A stretch of 40,315 nucleotides of DNA from a virus (lineage: Duplodnaviria > Heunggongvirae > Uroviricota > Caudoviricetes). This document shows, piece after piece, positions 25,139-32,913 of the stretch; position 1 is the stretch's first letter, and the number at the start of each line of letters is the position of its first letter. A model generated the notes under the pieces. That model was given only the letters and a program-made list of their open reading frames with translations. It did no database searches and was not told where the DNA came from. The stretch lies in the IMG/VR virus record IMGVR_UViG_2541047797_000007; one strand, 5' to 3'. Made by a program: the position numbers and the translations under genes.

Positions 25139-26614
25139 TTAAGCATAGGGATCGTAATCTGTGATGGCCTTGCCTTGCTGGTTCTGCTGCCCGGGAATTC
25201 GCAGACGCTTCGACACAGGAAAAGCAAACGTCAGCAGTAGCGCATCGCCTTTACCCGGCGAACGCCCAAGCCGCTCCTTGATATCTTCCTTCGGTTCGAT
25301 AACGATTTTACCGTCCACGCGAACTTTGTACTCTGCCGCCGACAGGTCGTCTGCAGTTTCCTGGTCATCCAGCATGCCGCCCAGCCTCAGCCATGTCTTA
25401 CATGAGTTGAACATCTCCCCACGCTTGTTGAGCATCTGCGGGTCAGTAGACGCGCCACCGAACGGAACAAGTTGCCATGTACGACCCCAGCCGTCACCGA
25501 TTGACTTCAGACCAGTTCCGTAACCGAAGTCGATGAACACTGCGTCAGCCTGGTACTGGTCTTCAAAGTCAGCGATACGCTTCGCCATAATCAGATCGTC
25601 AGTGGTCTTGTTGCCAGTCCACAGCACCTTACTGTGCAGCCCCTGCCGCAGGTATATCACAGCGTCATCAACGCCTGAGTATGCCGGGTCAACGCCGATT
25701 ATCACCGGAGCATGTGCAACCTGCGCAGCGGTGACCACCCGTTTCATTGCCTCGTCAGTAAGTCCGGTAGGGATAAACTGCAATTCAGATGCATCCGGGA
25801 ATATGCCGCGCACACGGATTTTAACGAAGTCGCTGTCTTCCCCGTAGTCATCAACCCATTTCTGCAACTGCTGTTTGTTGGTGCCTTCCACCGTCCGGCT
25901 GTCAATCTGCGCAGTTTTCCAGCGGTGTTTATATTTGCGGAAACATTCGCGGAAACGTCCGGTATTACGCGTCGGGTTTCCGAACGCCACCCAGATAATC
26001 TCAGTGTCTTCGTCCGTTAGCGCACCCTCGGCAACTTCCCACACCAGATCCGCAATGTTCGACGCTTCATCGAATACCACGATGATGCGTTTGCGCTCGT
26101 TGTGTAGTCCGGCGAATGCCTCAGTGTTGTGCTCAGACCAGGGTATTGCGTCAGCTCGCCACCGCTTGTCGTGTCCAGGATCATTGCTGTACATCGCGGT
26201 AGCGGTACAGGTAAACCAGTCTTTCGTGATAGCAAGGTTCGACCACTTGATAATTTCCGGCCAGGTCTTCGTTCGTAGCTGGTTGTCGGTGTTGGCGGTC
26301 ACCACGACCTTACAATCCTCGCAAGTGGACATGCCCCAGTTGATCAGCATTGAGATGAATGCGGATTTACCAATACCGTGACCCGAAGCACGTGCCAGCA
26401 TAAGCGGCTGATAGCGCGTCTCTGGATTCTGCAGGTGATCACGTATCTCTCGGAACGCATCAGCCTGCCACTTACGTGGGCCGGTAGCATGTGCCAGTTC
26501 AGTCCCCTCTTCCCCCCACGGGAACGCATAGAGGGCATAGCCAAGCGGATCGTGAGTGAACCCTGCAATATCCTCGATCAACTGCTCTTCAGGAGATAAC
26601 GCTGTATCTGTCAC
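25139..26614 (-). CDS. terL: Terminase large subunit
   Basis: 491 aa. Walker A-like ARASGHGIGKS, acidic Walker B (IIVVFDEAS) and a C-terminal nuclease-like half. Overlaps the small subunit gene by 4 nt. Confidence 0.85.
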   Translation of the reverse strand: MTDTALSPEEQLIEDIAGFTHDPLGYALYAFPWGEEGTELAHATGPRKWQADAFREIRDHLQNPETRYQPLMLARASGHGIGKSAFISMLINWGMSTCEDCKVVVTANTDNQLRTKTWPEIIKWSNLAITKDWFTCTATAMYSNDPGHDKRWRADAIPWSEHNTEAFAGLHNERKRIIVVFDEASNIADLVWEVAEGALTDEDTEIIWVAFGNPTRNTGRFRECFRKYKHRWKTAQIDSRTVEGTNKQQLQKWVDDYGEDSDFVKIRVRGIFPDASELQFIPTGLTDEAMKRVVTAAQVAHAPVIIGVDPAYSGVDDAVIYLRQGLHSKVLWTGNKTTDDLIMAKRIADFEDQYQADAVFIDFGYGTGLKSIGDGWGRTWQLVPFGGASTDPQMLNKRGEMFNSCKTWLRLGGMLDDQETADDLSAAEYKVRVDGKIVIEPKEDIKERLGRSPGKGDALLLTFAFPVSKRLRIPGQQNQQGKAITDYDPYA

Positions 26615-27207
26615 TGATTACCATCCTGACGTTCTTTGAGTCGCTTCCTGGCTGCTGCTATGCGATCAGCAATTGTCACATTCACATTAACATCCAGACG
26701 TTCTTTGAACGCGTTGACATCAACATGCTTACCAATCAGCTCAAGGTTCTTCACCTTGTCAGGCCATTTAATTTTTTTGAGGATTGTCTCTATCGAATCC
26801 TCGTTCATGTTCATGATGGTCGATGACAGATCAAAGCCACTAAGCGTAGTGCGCCAGATTTTCGGCCACTCACGGATTGGTTTAAGGCTCCCATCGTCGT
26901 TGAGGATGTCGATCACGTCCATCTGGTCGATCTCCACCAGGCGCATGAGAACGTAATCAGCACTGACGCGCATTCGTTTGTTGCGCTCCTCCATCAACTC
27001 GGCAATCCGTTTTTGAATGCGTTCATCGCGCATCATGACGCTGGCTTTAACTGCCGCTGTATTTGGGGAGAATCCTGCGTTAATCGCTGCCTGAGTCTGG
27101 TTTTCAGGCGTTTTGATGTATGACTGGCAATAAGCCTCCTGCATTGCTGTTAGTGGCTTAAATTGCGTTGATTTGCGTTTATAGGTTTTAGGTTCAGCAG
27201 GCATCAT
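26611..27207 (-). CDS. terS: Terminase small subunit
   Basis: Start taken at MMPAEPKTYKRK (198 aa). The longer track ORF (to 27303) would run through an intrinsic terminator and two operator palindromes. The HTH-like LTAMQEAYCQSYIKTPENQTQAAINAGFS is typical of small terminases. Confidence 0.75.
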   Translation of the reverse strand: MMPAEPKTYKRKSTQFKPLTAMQEAYCQSYIKTPENQTQAAINAGFSPNTAAVKASVMMRDERIQKRIAELMEERNKRMRVSADYVLMRLVEIDQMDVIDILNDDGSLKPIREWPKIWRTTLSGFDLSSTIMNMNEDSIETILKKIKWPDKVKNLELIGKHVDVNAFKERLDVNVNVTIADRIAAARKRLKERQDGNQ

Positions 27208-27240
27208 AACCACCGTGGTAATAGTTACCGTTGTGGTAAT
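27206..27240. promoter_or_regulatory. Two adjacent operator palindromes at the 5' end of terS
   Basis: ATAACCACCGTGGTAAT (27206-27222) and GTTACCGTTGTGGTAAT (27224-27240). Confidence 0.55.
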
Positions 27241-27250
27241 AGTACCATGC

Positions 27251-27276
27251 AAAATAAAGCCGCCATAGTTGGCGGC
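27251..27276 (-). terminator. Strong intrinsic terminator between the early-right operon and terS
   Basis: The minus strand reads GCCGCC-aactat-GGCGGC (27276-27259) followed by TTTATTTT (27258-27251). Confidence 0.8.
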
Positions 27277-27316
27277 AGTATCCAAAACCGTCAAATTCAT
27301 CATGCATAATCTACTC

Positions 27317-27328
27317 GTGACATGTCAC
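27317..27328. promoter_or_regulatory. Palindrome GTGACATGTCAC (third copy), containing the TGA stop of the 115-aa gene
   Basis: Exact 12-bp palindrome. The other copies are at 8009-8020 and 25053-25064. Confidence 0.5.
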
Positions 27329-27672
27329 ACTATTAATTTCGTTTCATGCCAGCCTTTAGTCACCCAGCATTGCGAGTCACCATTACACGGGCATGAATTA
27401 ACTGGAACTCTCTCGCCGCACTTACCGCAACGTTTTCTGCTGATCGATTTTATACGCCCGCGCACACGTGCATCATCCTGGCGGATCAGCAGCGCGATGT
27501 ACTCGGCCATTTCATAGGGATCGCGACCAGGGCGCCGGGCGGCGCAGTTCCGCGCCAGCATTTCCTGCTCCTGCTTATCCAGCACCAGTTCAATTTTGCG
27601 CTCACCGGCGGCGGACTGCCGAGCGCGCTGCGCGGCTTTGCGTTCTGCGGGGGATTTAGCCACGAATCGCAC
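27325..27672 (-). CDS. Basic protein with C-terminal Cys-rich zinc-ribbon; candidate late-gene regulator
   Basis: 115 aa. N-terminal basic helix region (AERKAAQRARQSAAGERK). C-terminus is CGKCGERVPVNSCPCNGDSQCW. Last gene before the terminator/terS. Function inferred from position only. Confidence 0.6.
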   Translation of the reverse strand: MRFVAKSPAERKAAQRARQSAAGERKIELVLDKQEQEMLARNCAARRPGRDPYEMAEYIALLIRQDDARVRGRIKSISRKRCGKCGERVPVNSCPCNGDSQCWVTKGWHETKLIV

Positions 27673-27778
27673 TCCACGCCAGATTGATTAATGACTCCCA
27701 GGTAATATAAACCCGGATACCAGCAGCCAGGCCGAAACCAATCACCATGGCATAAAGCAGAGCGTTGCACTTGTTCAT
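27656..27778 (-). CDS. Possible 40-aa membrane peptide
   Basis: MNKCNALLYAMVIGFGLAAGIRVYITWESLINLAWSAIRG. Its ATG shares a base with the upstream TGA (TGATG), and it overlaps the next gene by 17 nt. Not in the track because it is under 60 aa. Confidence 0.35.
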   Translation of the reverse strand: MNKCNALLYAMVIGFGLAAGIRVYITWESLINLAWSAIRG

Positions 27779-28320
27779 CACTTCACCTCCTGCTGCTGTG
27801 CTGCTGGCATTTCACGCCAGTGCGTAACTGAGTGCGGATCCGGATATTCGGTGCCATCATCCCAGCGATTGCCATTCCACATTGCAGACCACATCTCACC
27901 GTCTTCATACATGACCATTACCGGAATTAACTTATCCGGCATTCTCTCACTACAGCTTATCCAACCATCCGGAATTACCGGAGTTGGTCCATCGAATTCG
28001 GGCATGTCAGGACCTTTTCTGATAGCTTTAGCCAGCTCCAGCGGGTCATCGTAAAGCCAGTCGCCAGTTTGTGGGTGATTTGCTTCTGCAAGCTGCGCAG
28101 CCCATTCAAGACCATCTTTTTGACCTTGGAGATAATCAAGCGGCAACTCTTCATGATTACTTGCAGGTTCGGCACTATCAGCTTCGCGCCGCTTCTGTAG
28201 CTCTGCTGCCATTGCTCTCACGACTTCAACTGGTGCCCTTGCAGCAAACTCTATGTTGGTGATCAGCTCATTAAGATATTGCTCGCTGGGATACTGTTTC
28301 TTATTGGTAATAGTGGTCAT
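27778..28320 (-). CDS. DUF551-type phage protein
   Basis: 180 aa. The C-terminal W-rich module (GWISCSERMP...VMV..EDGEMWSAMWNGNRW......P..VTHW.EMP) is typical of DUF551. Confidence 0.65.
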   Translation of the reverse strand: MTTITNKKQYPSEQYLNELITNIEFAARAPVEVVRAMAAELQKRREADSAEPASNHEELPLDYLQGQKDGLEWAAQLAEANHPQTGDWLYDDPLELAKAIRKGPDMPEFDGPTPVIPDGWISCSERMPDKLIPVMVMYEDGEMWSAMWNGNRWDDGTEYPDPHSVTHWREMPAAQQQEVK

Positions 28321-28330
28321 GGGTTAGTCC

Positions 28331-29341
28331 TTATTCGCAAACGCCAGCATAAACGCTGCTGCAAACTGATTTGTCATTTGACTCTGCCAGCAGGTCAAAT
28401 TGAGCACCGCCTCTGGTGGTCATGGCCCAGTCACGGTAAGACTCAATACCGTATGCATCGACAGTAACGACGTCGATTCGTTTTTCTGCTCTGCGCGGGT
28501 CGTGCGTTGACGGAAAGAACGTTGAATTTCCACGGCGTGAGCAGGCAGCGACAAATCGCTCCCACTCTGCTACCCGTTTAATTTCTTCCGGCCAGCGAGT
28601 GAAAATTTCTGCCAGTTCTGATTTTCTGGCATGGATACATGGCATGCATCCAACCCGACTACAGCCCTGCTGGTAAAGTGGATTTGGCTTAATGCCATGG
28701 CGTTTGGCCAAGGAAAATACCTCTTCGTGCGTCCATTTCAATATTGGGCGGTACACATGCAGACCAGGGGTATTATCAGCATCTTCTTCCCACTCAGGCA
28801 GGCCAGCGCGGGCTGGGGATTCTTGGGCGCGAACTCCCTGCCAAAGAATAACTTCATCGTATTTTTCTAGCGCGGGGAGAACTATCTGATCGCGTACCGG
28901 ATCGTGCTTAAGTTCCAGAGAGCAGAAACGTGCTTTTGTACTCGGGAACCTGCCCTTCCACATGCACAAATCAAGGAATGGGTTTCCTGTTGGCTTGAGG
29001 ATATTCAGCGCCTGGGTGATACGTTCTGCGGCCTCCTCGTTAGACATGCCACATTCTTCAACCAGAGATATAGGCCATTTCTCAGCAATGAATTTCCGCT
29101 TACCTTCAATCTTTCGATTAAAATCAGCCTTCACTCGGGTTACCGGGCCGAGCAAAGATTCAAGATAGTCCAGGTATTCCATTGTCTGCGGGTGCTCATG
29201 TCCGGTATCCGCGAAAACAGTTATATGAGGGACACTGTTTTCAACGGCAAGGATCCATTGAGCAAGGCTGTCTTTCCCGCCAGATACGGAAATAACGTTG
29301 ATTGTGCTGGTTGCTTTGCAGCGTTTGTCGATGTTGCTCAC
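28331..29341 (-). CDS. PAPS-reductase-like PP-loop ATPase family protein
   Basis: 336 aa. PP-loop SVSGGKDS near the N-terminus and a Cys-rich C-terminal part (GCSRVGCMPC). Confidence 0.75.
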   Translation of the reverse strand: MSNIDKRCKATSTINVISVSGGKDSLAQWILAVENSVPHITVFADTGHEHPQTMEYLDYLESLLGPVTRVKADFNRKIEGKRKFIAEKWPISLVEECGMSNEEAAERITQALNILKPTGNPFLDLCMWKGRFPSTKARFCSLELKHDPVRDQIVLPALEKYDEVILWQGVRAQESPARAGLPEWEEDADNTPGLHVYRPILKWTHEEVFSLAKRHGIKPNPLYQQGCSRVGCMPCIHARKSELAEIFTRWPEEIKRVAEWERFVAACSRRGNSTFFPSTHDPRRAEKRIDVVTVDAYGIESYRDWAMTTRGGAQFDLLAESNDKSVCSSVYAGVCE

Positions 29342-29562
29342 TCTTCATCCTCCAAGTCGGCAACGGCGTCCATCACATCAGAACCGCGAATAACCTCAAA
29401 AGCACGGCAGGCCATTTGAAATACCAGTTGCTCTTGCGGATGCGGTGATTCCCAATATTTGAATCCAGGGCGATGCTCGTACCCCATCATTGAATAAAAA
29501 TCACCAGCAAGCTTAATCGCGGCATCGACAAGCTCTCTGTTAGTCATTCTTTTTCCGCTCAC
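29338..29562 (-). CDS. Hypothetical protein (74 aa)
   Basis: 4-nt overlaps with both neighbours. Confidence 0.6.
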   Translation of the reverse strand: MSGKRMTNRELVDAAIKLAGDFYSMMGYEHRPGFKYWESPHPQEQLVFQMACRAFEVIRGSDVMDAVADLEDEE

Positions 29563-30041
29563 TGGTTGCCTCCTTTGCGAAGCTGGTCGGCGAACAAACG
29601 TACACCAGACGCTTCACTGCGTAGAAACTTAACGGCATCATCAAAACCACCTCGTTCTGCGTCGTCTGCTCCGTTGTCGAGGTTATCTGCGTACATCTCT
29701 ACCCCCTGCGCCCGTACTTCAGCCAGGAAAGCATCGGTGGCTGGCATATTTCCTGTTGCCTTCATTGCCTCCAAAATAACCAGAACGCCATCTCGCCCAA
29801 TCTCCTCGCAGATAACCTCGGTGCTGTCGCCAACAACATCGCAAAATGCCTGAACTGCTTTACGAGCCAGCGCATTCTCCGCAGCCAGCGCATTAGCACG
29901 CACCAGTTGCACTTCCAGCTGCGTTGCCAAATCGCTGATCAGCTTTGCCACACTACGCATATCAACGGCACCACATTCTGCTTTCAGTTCCGAAGCCATC
30001 TCATGCCCGGCGGCAACTAACCCTTTGATATTACTTTCCAT
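29559..30041 (-). CDS. Ead/Ea22-like protein
   Basis: 160 aa. The C-terminal pattern ATDAFLAEVRAQGVE....D resembles the Ea22-like family of lambdoid prophages (from memory). Confidence 0.55.
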   Translation of the reverse strand: MESNIKGLVAAGHEMASELKAECGAVDMRSVAKLISDLATQLEVQLVRANALAAENALARKAVQAFCDVVGDSTEVICEEIGRDGVLVILEAMKATGNMPATDAFLAEVRAQGVEMYADNLDNGADDAERGGFDDAVKFLRSEASGVRLFADQLRKGGNQ

Positions 30042-30102
30042 CTTTACCCTCGCTTATCCACATAACTTATTGATTACATTGATAACTAAAAAGATCGTCG
30101 CT

Positions 30103-30447
30103 TCAGAACTCTTCGATGTTCCAGCCACCACCTGCTTTCTTTGGTTTAACCGTTACCCCGATGATTCGGAACGGATACTGATCTGCGGCGACTTTGGTTT
30201 TCACCCTGGCGTCGTCGGTCCAGAAACCTTTCACTTCGTGCAGTTCCATCTCGCCGGTGGCGAGCATCACAGCAAAATCGGGCGTATAGAACGTGTTGTC
30301 AGCTAACCGCAGCTTGATACCCTCAAATCGATACCAGACGATTTCTCCTGCACGTTTACGCAGCTCAAGGTGCTGGCAATACGCAGATTCTGTTTTGTTC
30401 ATTTGGCCTGTTTTGAGTCGACCAAGAGCCTGTATCTGTTTTCTCAT
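30103..30447 (-). CDS. DUF1064-type (PD-(D/E)XK-like) protein
   Basis: 114 aa. The pattern SK.E..Y...L..........Y......L......YTPDF...........E.KG is typical of DUF1064. Confidence 0.6.
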   Translation of the reverse strand: MRKQIQALGRLKTGQMNKTESAYCQHLELRKRAGEIVWYRFEGIKLRLADNTFYTPDFAVMLATGEMELHEVKGFWTDDARVKTKVAADQYPFRIIGVTVKPKKAGGGWNIEEF

Positions 30448-30449
30448 GA

Positions 30450-30528
30450 TTTACCCCTTAGGTAATTAAAAACCACATAAGACATGAAATCAATAGAGAT
30501 TAGAACATTTTGTTACCCAACAGGTAAT
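30450..30528. promoter_or_regulatory. Two operator palindromes plus an AAAAACCACATA box between the P-like and DUF1064 genes
   Basis: TTTACCCCTTAGGTAAT (30450-30466) abuts ATG 30447. GTTACCCAACAGGTAAT sits at 30512-30528. AAAAACCACATA (30468-30479) is identical to 5684-5695. Confidence 0.55.
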
Positions 30529-30564
30529 CATGTAGGCGTAAAAAAATGCGCTATCGCGCTGGTA

Positions 30565-31350
30565 TTACTTGATAAATCCTGCCGCCTTTCCCCGCCTGTA
30601 TTCCTCTATCAGCCACTGCGCCGGTGTTATTCCCCCCAGGGTGGCGGCGTTAGGCATGCACCCGAAACTTCGCCCTGGTGGATGGTAAACGTCTCTCCCA
30701 GTGTCAGGAGGCGTACTCATGGGTTCTGGCTTTGCCTGTATGCTGATCACCGGATCGGGTATCTGCTGTCCGGAAGCCACCTTTTTCGCCCAATCATCGA
30801 GCAGCCTGCGCGCGTGTTTCTCAACCTCAATCTCGCTAAGCTGGCGCTGATACATTGCACGGCGGGTATCACATACGACCCAGTACATAACCGGATGTCG
30901 CCACGGGAATCTTTCGGGACCACCAGGATATAAACTTTTTTCCTTGCTGTACCGGTGAAACTCCGCCATCACATCGTCAATGGTGACGCCAAGAACCATC
31001 TTGCTGTCTTTACACCACTTGATAAATTGCCCAGGCGACGGCCAGAACGGAGATTCACTGGCGCGGGCGTGGCGCATACCAGCAGAAACCTGTTCACGGG
31101 TTCTGATCCCCCCTTCGGCAAACGCAGCAATCCACTGCTGTTTTGCAGCAACTTCCTGCTCTGGCGTCTTCAGGTTGGTTACCACTGCCGCCGGAAACAG
31201 TTGTTTCAGCTGTTTGAAAAGGGCATCAACAAGCCTCTCTGCTGACATGTTCACCACGTTGTCATTGTTGGTGTACTGATGCTCATAACCTGACATGCGA
31301 GAAAGGGCTTCTCCGTCACGGTTTTGTATCGCGGTAAAAACGTTGTTCAC
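30565..31350 (-). CDS. Replication protein P-like (helicase loader)
   Basis: Similar to lambda P (LFPA......E....QW..AF.E.GI.T.EQV.AGMR.AR....PF.PSPGQF..WC). The preferred start is GTG 31350 (SD GGAGGA, GTGA overlap with the O-like stop). The track ATG at 31365 is the alternative. Confidence 0.75.
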   Translation of the reverse strand: MNNVFTAIQNRDGEALSRMSGYEHQYTNNDNVVNMSAERLVDALFKQLKQLFPAAVVTNLKTPEQEVAAKQQWIAAFAEGGIRTREQVSAGMRHARASESPFWPSPGQFIKWCKDSKMVLGVTIDDVMAEFHRYSKEKSLYPGGPERFPWRHPVMYWVVCDTRRAMYQRQLSEIEVEKHARRLLDDWAKKVASGQQIPDPVISIQAKPEPMSTPPDTGRDVYHPPGRSFGCMPNAATLGGITPAQWLIEEYRRGKAAGFIK

Positions 31351-32162
31351 AAGAAATCCTCCCATGCTTCAGGGCTGTTCCAGTGCGGAACGTTGTTATC
31401 AGGTAATGTTGATTGCTTCTGTCTGCTAATCTGCAGCCGCCTTGCCAGCTTCTGCTCCCACTGTGCCTGATGGTATGCCTTACCCTCAGCCATCCAGTAA
31501 ATTCTGAACTCTGCAAGTTCCTGTGCCGTTGGCAGACTGTCCAGGTAGATCCCCTGCAATGAGCTTTTCCGAAGAAAGTCATCTGATGGTTGCCATTGTT
31601 CATGCATGACAAATTTGCCTAATTGCCCTGGCCCACCAGGAGGAACAAAGTTATTCATCACGGCGTTGTTTGCGCCGGGGTCATGAGGCACAGAATCCCC
31701 GGTTTTTGTCCTGCTCTCCCTCTCTTGGTTAAATGACTGGTTATATGACTGGTTCTGGATCCCGTTTTTGGGATCATTCAACATCCCGTTTTTGGGATCA
31801 TTCAACATCCCGTTTTTGGGTATATTCCCGTTTTCGGGAACATTACCGTTTTCGGGTTCATTACAGCCTTCTAGGTTGCCTTTAATGTTCCCGTTTTTGG
31901 TTATATTAAGAGAGAAAACCCGCACTCTTTTTGTCGCTCCCTTTCTCTCTCCGGTATCTGAAATAAGCCCCATTTTCATGAGCGATATAAGTCCGGCCTG
32001 CACGGTTTTTTTATTCAGGCAAGTGTCTTTAACGAGGCGTTCTATGCTGGGGTAGCAGAGGTTATATTCATCGGCTCTGTCAGCCATCGAGAGCAGTATG
32101 AGCTTTAATGACGAGCTACCTGGATCTGTCTCCCAGGCCCAATCTGTTGCATGTCTGCTCAT
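31347..32162 (-). CDS. Replication initiator (O-like) with N-terminal winged-HTH and internal iteron-encoded repeats
   Basis: 271 aa. SD GGAG upstream. The N-terminus (LKLILLSMADRADEYNLCYPSIERLVKDT.LNKKTV...L..L...GLI) is HTH-like. Peptide repeats PENGN/PKNGMLND are encoded by the iterons. Confidence 0.75.
   Translation of the reverse strand: MSRHATDWAWETDPGSSSLKLILLSMADRADEYNLCYPSIERLVKDTCLNKKTVQAGLISLMKMGLISDTGERKGATKRVRVFSLNITKNGNIKGNLEGCNEPENGNVPENGNIPKNGMLNDPKNGMLNDPKNGIQNQSYNQSFNQERESRTKTGDSVPHDPGANNAVMNNFVPPGGPGQLGKFVMHEQWQPSDDFLRKSSLQGIYLDSLPTAQELAEFRIYWMAEGKAYHQAQWEQKLARRLQISRQKQSTLPDNNVPHWNSPEAWEDFL
31758..31902. repeat. Origin iterons (6 copies of TCCCGTTTTTGGGA-like dyad)
   Basis: Cores lie at 31760-31773, 31784-31797, 31808-31821, 31826-31839, 31844-31857 and 31889-31902. 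Spacings are 24, 24, 18, 18 and 45 bp. They lie inside the O-like gene, as in lambda ori. Confidence 0.75.
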
Positions 32163-32177
32163 GATTAATCTCCGCTA

Positions 32178-32378
32178 TCAGCTTGAATGTTGTGGGGAGG
32201 AATTAATCATGATCTGCTTAATCTCTGCCCTGATGCGACGGTTTGATTCCATGGTGCACTCAACACAGTGTCCGTTGTAAACCCAGCGTTCACTGTCATG
32301 TCCGTGCTTACATGGTTTTCCGGTGTAGTAGCGTTTAAGTCCGCGCTTTGCGGCATCAATACGTGTAATGATTTCCAT
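32178..32378 (-). CDS. Small zinc-ribbon protein (66 aa)
   Basis: Start taken at MEIITRIDAAK. The motif YTGKPCKHGH....R....G.CVEC recurs in small prophage proteins. The longer track ORF begins in an implausible hydrophobic leader. Confidence 0.55.
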   Translation of the reverse strand: MEIITRIDAAKRGLKRYYTGKPCKHGHDSERWVYNGHCVECTMESNRRIRAEIKQIMINSSPQHSS

Positions 32379-32457
32379 GGTAAGCCCTGTTATTAGTATT
32401 GGGATTACGGTTATTTTGTGCTGACACAAAAAAAAGATCAACCAGATTTGGTTTTTT

Positions 32458-32474
32458 ATTACCTTTGAGGTGCG
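32458..32474. promoter_or_regulatory. Operator-like site ATTACCTTTGAGGTGCG (degenerate right half)
   Basis: Left half is perfect; right half is GGTGC. Confidence 0.4.
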
Positions 32475-32528
32475 AATAGATATGAAAAGACCGCCGGATG
32501 GCGGTCTACAGAGGGTTGTGGCTGGATA

Positions 32529-32759
32529 TCATGAGTAGAAGAAGTATGCCAGTTCTGCTTTTGAGCGCAGCCATTGTCTTGTTTTACAGGCTTTAAAAAG
32601 CCCATTCATCAATACCTTACCTGGCATTTTGCGCTTACCTGTTAAGTGAGTCTGGATATAGTGACTCGTCGTTCCGGCTTCCTGTGCGAAGGCTTCACGC
32701 TCATCCGGAGTAAGTGCAAGCCAGTGCTTTTTGAAATCGAAATGTCCGTTATCGCTCAT
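32529..32759 (-). CDS. Cro-like HTH regulator, first gene of the early-right operon
   Basis: 76 aa. HTH-like EAFAQEAGTTSHYIQTHLTG. Divergent from the repressor gene across the tripartite operator. Confidence 0.65.
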   Translation of the reverse strand: MSDNGHFDFKKHWLALTPDEREAFAQEAGTTSHYIQTHLTGKRKMPGKVLMNGLFKACKTRQWLRSKAELAYFFYS

Positions 32760-32794
32760 AGCTATTGCCTGATATTTATTTCAGATAATAAATA

Positions 32795-32859
32795 TTCACC
32801 CATAAGGTAACAAAAATCAAGGATAGTTACCTATGGGGTGCATTTACCTATTGGGTAAT
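32795..32859. promoter_or_regulatory. Tripartite operator between the cro-like and repressor genes
   Basis: TTCACCCATAAGGTAAC (32795-32811), GTTACCTATGGGGTGCA (32826-32842) and TTTACCTATTGGGTAAT (32843-32859). A minus-strand promoter TTGATT-17-GAATAT brackets the first site. Confidence 0.7.
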
Positions 32860-32913
32860 ATTGCTTTAAATTGAATCATCTACTGATTCATATATGAGGC
32901 GATTTTCCAGAAA

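Noticed and set aside
24605-25227. Track ORFs 24605..24868(-), 24957..25142(+) and 24970..25227(-) in the TerL-portal gap
   Set aside because: No Shine-Dalgarno sequences. Arg/Ser/Cys-rich low-plausibility sequences. One overlaps the TerL 3' end in another frame and they overlap each other. No support as genes.
26611-27303. 230-aa version of terS starting at 27303
   Set aside because: The extension would be translated across a GC hairpin plus T-run terminator and two operator palindromes, which produce the odd TITTTVTITTVV peptide. The start at 27207/27204 fits small-terminase length.
31758-31902. Regularly spaced repeats as a possible CRISPR array
   Set aside because: Units are 14-bp dyads at 18-24-bp spacing inside a coding frame, with no unique spacers of CRISPR size and no cas genes. 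They are replication iterons.
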